In this document: piece after piece, positions 10,058 to 18,427 of the stretch | Layout of the letters: each line of letters starts with the position of its first letter | How positions within the stretch are numbered: position 1 is the stretch's first letter | Source: a virus | Taxonomy: Duplodnaviria; Caudoviricetes | IMG/VR virus record: IMGVR_UViG_3300032320_001173 | Location: 1-40,581 of that record | DNA length: 40,581 nt | Direction: 5' to 3' (one strand) | Made by a program: the position numbers and the translations under genes | Notes under the pieces: generated by a model | Told to the model about the DNA's origin: nothing | Seen by the model: the letters and a program-made list of their open reading frames with translations, nothing else | The model's database searches: none

Positions 10058-11607
10058 GTTGTAAAATACCTTACATAGAACAACGATTTAGAGACGTAAA
10101 CCCAAGTCTTGCGGATACTTTAAATACAAAGTATTCGCAGATTTGGGATTCTGTTATAGAGTCTGAACTGTTTAAAAAAGAAGAAGATACTGGTAAGTAC
10201 CTTATGGCTACTACCAATATTAGTCGTTTACAAGAGCAGCAAGATTTTATAGACAAAGTAAACCAAGATAATAGTGTACCTGAAGGCGCATCTGTTATTG
10301 AAAATTTAAATGGTTATGTCAATGTAAACGTATTAAATCTGCCTGAAGTTACTGGTGCATCTACTCCTGCTATTAAAGAAGGTGTAGAAGAACTATTTAA
10401 TGAGAATCCTGAATTTGCTTATCAAGTGTATCAAGCTTTAGGGTTTAATACTAAAAATAACTTATTAGATTTTAATGTAATAGAAGATAAGAAAGGTTTA
10501 GATTTTTATACTGGTAGTTTCAAGAAAAAAGGTGAGGATAAACAATATACTATTAGTAAAAATGGTGTAGCTAAATATAGATTTAGAATATTTTTTACAG
10601 GTTCTAATAATGTAGCGTATGTGTCTGATATTTTAAAACTAGATAAAAACGACAAGACAATTAACGCTTCTGAAATATTACCATTAATAATAGAACAATC
10701 TAAAAAAGTTAGTAAAGAATATGGTGTAGATTATGAACTATATATAGACCCCATTATATCTAAAGATGGTATAAAATTTAGAGAAGTTTTAGCACAAAAA
10801 GGTTTATTAGAAAAAAAAGAATTTACATTTGATAAATGGGAAGAAGATTTTGATAAAAATAAATATGTATATGATGATTCTTTTTTGTATAAAATAAAAG
10901 AAAATAATCAAATAACCCCACAACAAAAACAACAAGCTCTACAACAATACTCTCAATACTTAGATACTATATTTCCTGATAGTACAGTAAAGGATATTGT
11001 TTACCATGGAAGTCAGCAAAAAATTAGCGAATTTGAGGTTAGGAAAGAACCTTTAATACATTTTGGGAGCAAAAATGCCGCTTTACAGAGGGGTAATATA
11101 TTAAATCAAGTTATTGTTAATATTACAGATTTACAATCTATTAAAGATGGGATGTGGTTTTTGGGTACAGATGAGGGTGGATTACTTAAAGAATTACTAG
11201 ATAGAAATATATTAACATTAGAACAGGTCATAAGTATTAATGAAGCTAAAAATAAAGCTATTCAACAATCTCCGTATTTTAATGAAAATTATAGAATGGC
11301 TTTACCTGAGGGAGAGAAATCAGGTAATAAGAAACTTCAAGAAATATTAGCTAATCAAAATATTGGATTTGAGTATATAAACTTAAGTGAAGATAAAGGT
11401 AGTATTAGTTACGCTGTACCAAGCCAAAAACAAATCCATATACTAGGAAACAAACAAGACATAGAAGGATTTAAAGAATTTGTTAATAAACAACCTAAAC
11501 CTACTATAGACTACACGTCTTTAGATGTTACAGCATCTCTAGACGCAGAAACTAAAGCAAAGATAGACTATCTTCGTAACAACGACGACTTAACCGTACA
11601 GTGCTAA
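10054..11607 (+). CDS. Polyvalent-type cargo protein with putative ADP-ribosyltransferase (ART-PolyVal-like) domain and variable central insert
   Basis: DIVYHGS, IHFGS, YINLSEDKGSISYAV..QIHILG motifs; begins MSC and ends VQC. Confidence 0.65.
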   Translation: MSCKIPYIEQRFRDVNPSLADTLNTKYSQIWDSVIESELFKKEEDTGKYLMATTNISRLQEQQDFIDKVNQDNSVPEGASVIENLNGYVNVNVLNLPEVTGASTPAIKEGVEELFNENPEFAYQVYQALGFNTKNNLLDFNVIEDKKGLDFYTGSFKKKGEDKQYTISKNGVAKYRFRIFFTGSNNVAYVSDILKLDKNDKTINASEILPLIIEQSKKVSKEYGVDYELYIDPIISKDGIKFREVLAQKGLLEKKEFTFDKWEEDFDKNKYVYDDSFLYKIKENNQITPQQKQQALQQYSQYLDTIFPDSTVKDIVYHGSQQKISEFEVRKEPLIHFGSKNAALQRGNILNQVIVNITDLQSIKDGMWFLGTDEGGLLKELLDRNILTLEQVISINEAKNKAIQQSPYFNENYRMALPEGEKSGNKKLQEILANQNIGFEYINLSEDKGSISYAVPSQKQIHILGNKQDIEGFKEFVNKQPKPTIDYTSLDVTASLDAETKAKIDYLRNNDDLTVQC

Positions 11608-11608
11608 A

Positions 11609-14600
11609 ATGGCTTGTGAATATATAAACCCGTTACATGTCCGTAACGCTATAGAAAATAAACAGAGTGTGTTCTTACCTGATGAGGTGTTTGATGACCC
11701 TCAACAAGGTATGATTGACAGAATTAAGTCTGTTAACAATCTTATACGCTTAACTAGCGACCAAAAGAACTACATGATTCTGGGTAACCCGGATAAACTT
11801 CTTGAACGTTCTACTACTGTAGTTAAACGTAACCTGAAAGAAAAAGATTTAGGTAATAATGACGATACAGTACAATCAAGAGGCGGTACATATATACACT
11901 TACTCTTAGAATTTTTAGTAGAAAAAAGGTTTAATCCTGAAAGTATGACTCAGGATAGGTTAAACTATTATTCTGAGCAACTTAAAAAATACAAGTTTGA
12001 TTACAATAAAGTTGTAGACTCTTTAGATAAGTTCTTGGATAGAGAACTTCTACCCCGTATTTACGCTACTCAAAGAAAAATAGACCCTAACGGTAAGTTT
12101 AAAATACTTACAGAGCAAGCTGTGTTAGACCCTGTAACAGGTGTAGTATCACGTACTGACTTAGTAGTAGTCTTTTCTGACGGTTCTGTAGGTAAAGTCG
12201 ATTATAAAAACACTACTGCAAGACCTGAGTACACAGATTCTAAAACAGGTCGTATTATTAACAGTGGTTTTATGATGGCTAAGCGTAATTACTACAGAGA
12301 GCAAGCTACATTAAACCGAAACATACTTAAAGAAAGATACAATGCAAATGTTGTATTAGACTTAGTAGTACCCCTTCATGTAAAATACGAGTCTGAAATT
12401 GTTAACGATAAAAACGTTCTTAAAGAGCAGTTTGAATTTATCGAAAGTAACGCTGATTACTCTAAAACAGAGGGTAAATTTTTAAACCCTCTTGTTATAG
12501 GTAAACAGTTTACCGGAGATGCGAAACTTGATGCTTTTATTATACAGCAGACAGAACTTTTACAAAAACTTCTGAAGAAGCTGCAATCTAACTTACTTAG
12601 TACGGAGCAACGACAAAAGTATAATTTAAAAGTAGCCCGTATTGAAAACATTATATCGGAGCTTACTACAAGTTCTGAAGAACAAGACCTTAAACGAGTG
12701 TTTGAATATGCTAATGACCTTTTAAAAGAATACGAACTAAATAAAGGTAGTTTTACAGCTGACCGACTTGTAGAAATGTATAACGAAATTTCGATTCTCC
12801 TCGAAATTCCTGAAGCTACTACACAATTTATTGAAGACTATTACAAAACTCCTGAAGACAAGGCGTCAATTACTGCACAACTTGGGGTATTTACAAATAA
12901 ACTTAATGCTCTTCTAAACAACATTCAACGCGACCAACTTGAATATGTAACTACTAAATTAATCGACCAGTATTATCTTAATTCTGATGGTAGCGTTAAA
13001 GAGTATTTAGAAGATACGTTTATGAATTCAGCTACCAATACAGCACGAGAATTTAATTCTCCGTTTATTGTAGCTCTTAAACAAGGTTTTGACTTAGCTG
13101 TACAAAACCCTGTTAATAATAAAATGAAGCAGATACAAAAACGCATATTAGAACTTAATGAAGGTTTAAATAGGGCTGGTATCTCTAATGATAGGTTAAA
13201 GCAACTTCTCATCAACCCAAAAACAAAAAATTTATTTGCTAAACTAGCACCTGAATTCTATGAAAAAATAAACGAAGCGTTCAAAACTCGTAGTAAAGCT
13301 AGCTACGATTTTATTCTTAAACACTACGAGATAACACCCGAGCATTTAGAAATGCTCAAACAACAAAAAGAGACCATTATGGCTAAGTATCAGGCAGCAA
13401 TAGATGCAGAAACTACACCTAATGGTAAAAGAGAGGTAGAAAAAGCTCGAGATAAATTTATAAAAGACAATTACTTGTTGGATTCTGACGGCGAAATTAA
13501 CGCACCAGCTTTATTTTATCCGGGTAATAGGAAGTTTATAACCCTTAAACAATTTTCTATAGAGAATAATCTTTCGAAAGAGTATAGAGAAATAAAAAAA
13601 ACACCCGCTGCCGCTGCATGGTACGACTTCTACATGGATTTAAACCAAGATGTTAGAAATATGATTGGTTATTCTGAAGGTGAGGCTATACCATCTAACT
13701 TTTTTCCTTGGGTTAGAAAAACTACTTTAGAAAGATTACAAGAGCAAGGTGTATTTAAAGGGTCTAAGAATAGTGTTACTCAATTTTTCGAGTCGTTAAA
13801 TTATCGCGCTGACGATGTGCATATGGGTATTAAAGACGAAGAATTTGGTAAACAGATTCCATTCTATTTTAATACACCTTTTTATAGTAACGATGAGGTA
13901 GACGACAGCGACCGTAGTTACGATTTTGGTATGACTGCATTACTGTATGCGCAAATGGCCTACACGTATAAACATACAAGAGATTACGAGTCTGATGCAA
14001 TGCTGCTTAAACAGGTTATGATGAATCAGGCTAACAGATTTGTAATACCTGTATCTACTACTGGTAAACCAAAATTAGATGTGTTTGGTGATATTGCGTA
14101 TACGCCAACTATGCCTGCGTCGTTTGAAGCACAAGCGTTTAATGACTTTTTTGACAACTTTATTTACGGCATTACTGTAAACGAAAAAGATAATATAAAA
14201 CAAACTATTGCTGGCAAAGAAGTTAATCTTACCCAAGTCGCCTTAAAAGCTAAAGATATTACTACGCGCTTACAGCTCTCGTTCTCTATAATTGGTGCCG
14301 CAGCTAGTTACGCGAATGCTAGACTTAACTTAAAGTTGCAGTCTAAAAAAAGTATATACTTTACACCTGAAATGACTAAAAAGTCAGAGGGTTTACTTAC
14401 TGGAGTAACTAAAGACCCAGAAAAGAAAAAAGCTTTACTTGCAGCTATTGAATTTTTCTTACCTCATACCGAAACTTTTGTAGAAGCTAATCTTTATAAT
14501 GTATCTAGTCGAGGTAAGTTAGCTCAGAATGTTAATGACAGACTTGCTTTCTACGGTTATAGAAAAGGTTCTGATATAATTGACGACGTATTAACAGGCA

Positions 14601-15667
14601 ATGTTTTACAAAATTACAGTTGGGATACTGACACTAAACGTATTGTACGTTTAAATAAACCGGGACTTCAAAAACAGTATACACCGCTACTAGATTTGAT
14701 TACATTTGATGGTGAAGACATTAAATTTAAAGACATTCCCGAAGAGCAACTAAATAAGTTACAGGTAGATATACGTTCAGCTATTAAAGAGATTAGCCGA
14801 GGTATTAAAGGTGAAATGTCTGCTGACGATATTGCATGGTATCAACAACGTTTATTAGGTAAACTTATTTCTCAGTACCGTACGTGGATGCCCGGCATTC
14901 TTAAAGAGCGTTTTGGTAAACTTAAGTACAAGTCAGCTACAGATTCAGTTCAATGGGGTAGGTGGCGTAGTTTATTGGCTGATACTAATCTTGAAGCTGT
15001 TAAAGAGTTAGGCGTACTTTTTTATGCTAAAGACGTATTACTACCGCGAATAGGTAAAGTTGCTTTAGATATAGCGTCAATGGGGCTGTTAAGTACAGAC
15101 GTTAAAGGAACTACTAAGAAAGGTAGTTTAAATTTCTTTAGCAGGTATAATGACGAGTTTCTTAAAAAACAGTACGATAAAATCATGGAAAAAAATCCTC
15201 ATCTAGATAAAATATCATTTGAGGAGTTTAGGGAAATCAAAGTGGCTCAATACAGAGCTGCTATGGTCGAATTGCGTATGTTGTTAGGTCTTATGGCTAT
15301 AATCATGTTTGCAGGCGCACATGCAGATGATGACGATGAGTTTTCTTATAAAGAGAATAAAGCTGTTCGCATTGCTTTAAAAATTATAGCTAAGTTACAA
15401 CAAGAAATGATGTTCTCTGTAGACCCTACAGAAGGTGGTTATTTATTTCAGAATCCTATACCAGTATTAGGTATGATACGTAAAGCTAAAAATGTGTTTG
15501 AAAATGGTATAGATGAGACCAGGGACTTAATTTTTGGTGAGGATAGTCCTAGAGATAAAACACCTTTCTTGTACTATTCATCGGGGTTCTTACAAGGAAT
15601 GACTCAATTACGTAAAGTGTTTGAAGTATTTGACCAAGATAAAGCTATATCTGGATACAAACGATAA
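11609..15667 (+). CDS. Large virion/ejection protein with N-terminal PD-(D/E)xK-like domain and C-terminal hydrophobic helix
   Basis: GTYIHLLLE...EQAV...RTDLVVV...VDYK; helical body; MLLGLMAIIMFAGA near the C-terminus; last gene of the + cassette. Confidence 0.65.
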   Translation: MACEYINPLHVRNAIENKQSVFLPDEVFDDPQQGMIDRIKSVNNLIRLTSDQKNYMILGNPDKLLERSTTVVKRNLKEKDLGNNDDTVQSRGGTYIHLLLEFLVEKRFNPESMTQDRLNYYSEQLKKYKFDYNKVVDSLDKFLDRELLPRIYATQRKIDPNGKFKILTEQAVLDPVTGVVSRTDLVVVFSDGSVGKVDYKNTTARPEYTDSKTGRIINSGFMMAKRNYYREQATLNRNILKERYNANVVLDLVVPLHVKYESEIVNDKNVLKEQFEFIESNADYSKTEGKFLNPLVIGKQFTGDAKLDAFIIQQTELLQKLLKKLQSNLLSTEQRQKYNLKVARIENIISELTTSSEEQDLKRVFEYANDLLKEYELNKGSFTADRLVEMYNEISILLEIPEATTQFIEDYYKTPEDKASITAQLGVFTNKLNALLNNIQRDQLEYVTTKLIDQYYLNSDGSVKEYLEDTFMNSATNTAREFNSPFIVALKQGFDLAVQNPVNNKMKQIQKRILELNEGLNRAGISNDRLKQLLINPKTKNLFAKLAPEFYEKINEAFKTRSKASYDFILKHYEITPEHLEMLKQQKETIMAKYQAAIDAETTPNGKREVEKARDKFIKDNYLLDSDGEINAPALFYPGNRKFITLKQFSIENNLSKEYREIKKTPAAAAWYDFYMDLNQDVRNMIGYSEGEAIPSNFFPWVRKTTLERLQEQGVFKGSKNSVTQFFESLNYRADDVHMGIKDEEFGKQIPFYFNTPFYSNDEVDDSDRSYDFGMTALLYAQMAYTYKHTRDYESDAMLLKQVMMNQANRFVIPVSTTGKPKLDVFGDIAYTPTMPASFEAQAFNDFFDNFIYGITVNEKDNIKQTIAGKEVNLTQVALKAKDITTRLQLSFSIIGAAASYANARLNLKLQSKKSIYFTPEMTKKSEGLLTGVTKDPEKKKALLAAIEFFLPHTETFVEANLYNVSSRGKLAQNVNDRLAFYGYRKGSDIIDDVLTGNVLQNYSWDTDTKRIVRLNKPGLQKQYTPLLDLITFDGEDIKFKDIPEEQLNKLQVDIRSAIKEISRGIKGEMSADDIAWYQQRLLGKLISQYRTWMPGILKERFGKLKYKSATDSVQWGRWRSLLADTNLEAVKELGVLFYAKDVLLPRIGKVALDIASMGLLSTDVKGTTKKGSLNFFSRYNDEFLKKQYDKIMEKNPHLDKISFEEFREIKVAQYRAAMVELRMLLGLMAIIMFAGAHADDDDEFSYKENKAVRIALKIIAKLQQEMMFSVDPTEGGYLFQNPIPVLGMIRKAKNVFENGIDETRDLIFGEDSPRDKTPFLYYSSGFLQGMTQLRKVFEVFDQDKAISGYKR

Positions 15668-15672
15668 AATAA

Positions 15673-15708
15673 AAACACCCGCTATCGCCTAAGCAATAAC
15701 GGGTGTTT
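15673..15708 (-). terminator. Intrinsic terminator at the convergence of the two gene blocks (probably bidirectional)
   Basis: Minus strand AAACACCCGTTATTGC-TTAG-GCGATAGCGGGTGTTT pairs fully with G-U and is followed by TTATTTT. Confidence 0.85.
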
Positions 15709-16333
15709 CTTCTACAAGTAGTTTAACTTTATCAATAATTCTACGTATTGTTGCAGCTTCAGAAGAGCGATGTAAACTCAACTTATCTTCTACAACTCTG
15801 ATAGCGTGTAAAGCAGTTGTATGGTCTACGTAACCAAAATGAGCAGCAATATTGTTAAGAGACAATATACTATATCTCATAGGATAGTATTTCCACAATA
15901 TGTAACAACCAATTTGTCTGGCGAAAACTATGTCTCTTTTACGAGATGCAAGTCTTATAGCCTGTATTGGTACAGCACATTCACCCGCTAAAATTTCGTC
16001 AAGCTCTATCTTGAATTTTGGATTGACTTTGTCAACCTTACACTTGACAAAAAAGTCTTCTATAACTCGAGTATTTTCTCTTGACTTTCGATTATTTACT
16101 TTACTCTTCAGTGTAAATACTTGAGACTGTAGCTCGTTAACTAAAGCACGCTCTTTTGACAGAGCGTACCTTAGTTTACGTGCAGCTTTAGCATCTTTAA
16201 ATTGTTTCTTTTCTCTATCTAAAGCAATTTGTAAATCTTCAGGGTCAATAGTTAATTTCTCAACGTACTTTTCAAACAACCACTGTATTGGCGATAAATC
16301 ATCCGAAGCATCGTTTGACGTCATACTGAGCAA
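15689..16333 (-). CDS. Protein with DnaA C-terminal (domain IV) HTH and N-terminal coiled coil
   Basis: SRKRDIVFARQIGCYIL...SLNNIAAHFGYVDHTTALHAIRVVE matches the DnaA domain IV signature. No AAA+ domain. ATG 16324 may be the start. Confidence 0.8.
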   Translation of the reverse strand: MLSMTSNDASDDLSPIQWLFEKYVEKLTIDPEDLQIALDREKKQFKDAKAARKLRYALSKERALVNELQSQVFTLKSKVNNRKSRENTRVIEDFFVKCKVDKVNPKFKIELDEILAGECAVPIQAIRLASRKRDIVFARQIGCYILWKYYPMRYSILSLNNIAAHFGYVDHTTALHAIRVVEDKLSLHRSSEAATIRRIIDKVKLLVEETPVIA

Positions 16334-16847
16334 AAATTATAGGTAGGAATACTGATTTACTGTTAAGTGGACAAAGAATATACTCTTTACCTCTTTCATT
16401 GGTGTATATAGGGTAACTAACACCAGCTACAAAACTTACAATTAATTTATTATCACTAGCTCTACGTTCTGCATAATCTTCTTTAAAGACTACGCAATCT
16501 TTGTACTCAACTTCTTTAACCTCTATAGGGCTAACAGTAGGTGGGTTATTTACAGGCCAAGTCTTACCTTTATTAAGGTGATGCTGAATAAATAAAGCAT
16601 TAGCTTGTATATGCCCTGTATGTGGTAAACCTGATTCTTGGTCTACTAATTCACCTTCTGATAATTTAATTGCATGGCGTAACAACGAATCTATTGCCGT
16701 ACGAATTTCCATGTCTAATTTCCAGTTGTCTTCAGTGTATTTTTTAGCGCCATACTCTAGTACTTGTACTAGAGGTTCTAACGCTTTAAAATCTACTAAT
16801 GACCATCGAAGCTTACCTTCGTTGTATCTTAATGCTTTGTTTGTCAT
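16299..16847 (-). CDS. dATP/dGTP diphosphohydrolase-domain protein (DUF5664-like)
   Basis: RYNEGKLRWSLV...VLEYGAKKY..DNW...SLLRH...DQESGLPH.GH. Confidence 0.85.
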   Translation of the reverse strand: MTNKALRYNEGKLRWSLVDFKALEPLVQVLEYGAKKYTEDNWKLDMEIRTAIDSLLRHAIKLSEGELVDQESGLPHTGHIQANALFIQHHLNKGKTWPVNNPPTVSPIEVKEVEYKDCVVFKEDYAERRASDNKLIVSFVAGVSYPIYTNERGKEYILCPLNSKSVFLPIIFAQYDVKRCFG

Positions 16848-17422
16848 AGTATTCTTATTATGTCTTCTTTAATTGGAAAAACTTCTGCGCCGTCTGGTAA
16901 CTCTATACCGTATGTACGCTCGCACTCTTTTTTAACTATAGGGTCTTTGTCTACTACAAGCTGATAACTTCTATCAAGCCATTGTTTTATATCAGTCAGT
17001 TTTGAATACGCACCTTCTTTGTAAATAGCGTAGAAATCTGAGTCAATATAAAACGCGTACATTGTACCAAAGTCTGTATCAAAACAATCAACAAACTGAT
17101 GATTACTAAGCAGATACTCATGCTCAAATCGAGTATAATCAGCAGTATGTCTATGATTAAATAGAAGATAAATAACATTGTCCTTAATTTCAGGTATCTG
17201 TGCCCATGTAAATTTAGAAGTATCTACTAGTTCTTGACCTTTGTAAGCATTGATAAACCCATAAATATTAGACAGCCAAACATATAATGTTTTATTTGTC
17301 CATCCGGCCTTATCAGGATGTTTACTAATTACAGGTTCAAATACACTACGTAACATAAAGTTAGTAGTTGTATTTGGACCATCTTTCTCACCTATTAGTT
17401 TTAATACTTCTTGTCTATTCAT
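16844..17422 (-). CDS. Hypothetical phage protein
   Basis: ORF with ATGA overlaps at both ends; ATG 17422 preferred over 17491. Confidence 0.7.
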   Translation of the reverse strand: MNRQEVLKLIGEKDGPNTTTNFMLRSVFEPVISKHPDKAGWTNKTLYVWLSNIYGFINAYKGQELVDTSKFTWAQIPEIKDNVIYLLFNHRHTADYTRFEHEYLLSNHQFVDCFDTDFGTMYAFYIDSDFYAIYKEGAYSKLTDIKQWLDRSYQLVVDKDPIVKKECERTYGIELPDGAEVFPIKEDIIRIL

Positions 17423-18420
17423 AAGCCAACTAGACCATTTTGCTCGAAATGTTCCTTGGTATAACCCCATAAGTCGTTGTCTGTATGCCATTCTAACCTA
17501 TCGAACGCTTCTTTAATACCTTCGTACTTAACGCCGTTTACTTCGTATGCTTTATAAGCATATAATTCTTCGGTGTTAATTACAAAACACACAGGTGTTC
17601 CCGGGTACTTTGTGTTTTCTACAATGAATTTGAATGGTAAAACAGTGTAATCACTATACCAGTCCTCGTTTTGCTGTTTGTATTTAACAGCCATTGTATA
17701 ATAACCTGCCTGCATATCATACCTGTATTTATGGTAAGAGCTGTCAAACCACTTAGACAATAAAGATTCTGTGGTTTTAATGTCGATAGGTTGAATTGTC
17801 TTGTCGTCATGGTTAACAACAAGCCAATCAAGTTTAGACTTACACTCAAATCCACGGTGTTCCCAATCAATTACAAGCTGCTTTACAATTTCAATGTTAC
17901 CGTTAGGAAATAAGTGGTCTTTTGTGTAATCGTGAGAAAGGATTGAGTCTACAATTTCTTTGGCTAATAAATACTGGTCTTGACTAACAGCTATTTTATC
18001 GCCTTGGATTTTAAGCTCTTCAAAATACTTTTCACCTTCATTACAGACATTAGTTATAACTGTTTCGTCTTTCCATTTAGGTTGATAACCTGATTTTCTT
18101 ACAGTCTCTAATAATAAATCTTTGTAGTCTATAAGCCTGTCTGCTTCGATTGTATTACCACGGGTATCTAAATACACAGACATAACAATTTTCTGTATAG
18201 CTGAACTAGTCGTCACAGCTTCGTTTTGTACGTGATACGTAGTACTGAATTTTTCAGGTTCTGTAATAAGACAGTCTACTAATGAACCTAAAGAAAGCGC
18301 TGGAGTATCTTTTCTGTCTTCAGAATACTCCATACTATTTTTGTACATCATTGGATGTACTAATATGAGCTTCAACGAGCTCTGGTTAACTTTTTTGGAT
18401 GTAAAATATTGGTCTTGCAT
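17419..18420 (-). CDS. PD-(D/E)xK exonuclease (RecE/DUF3799-like)
   Basis: NQSSLK, LSLGSLVDCL, CKSKLDWL...IDIKT, YRYDMQAGYY. Confidence 0.85.
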   Translation of the reverse strand: MQDQYFTSKKVNQSSLKLILVHPMMYKNSMEYSEDRKDTPALSLGSLVDCLITEPEKFSTTYHVQNEAVTTSSAIQKIVMSVYLDTRGNTIEADRLIDYKDLLLETVRKSGYQPKWKDETVITNVCNEGEKYFEELKIQGDKIAVSQDQYLLAKEIVDSILSHDYTKDHLFPNGNIEIVKQLVIDWEHRGFECKSKLDWLVVNHDDKTIQPIDIKTTESLLSKWFDSSYHKYRYDMQAGYYTMAVKYKQQNEDWYSDYTVLPFKFIVENTKYPGTPVCFVINTEELYAYKAYEVNGVKYEGIKEAFDRLEWHTDNDLWGYTKEHFEQNGLVGL

Positions 18421-18427
18421 GATAATA

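Noticed and set aside
467-13215. Short minus-strand ORFs within the large + genes
   Set aside because: Antisense shadows of long coding frames with no motifs.
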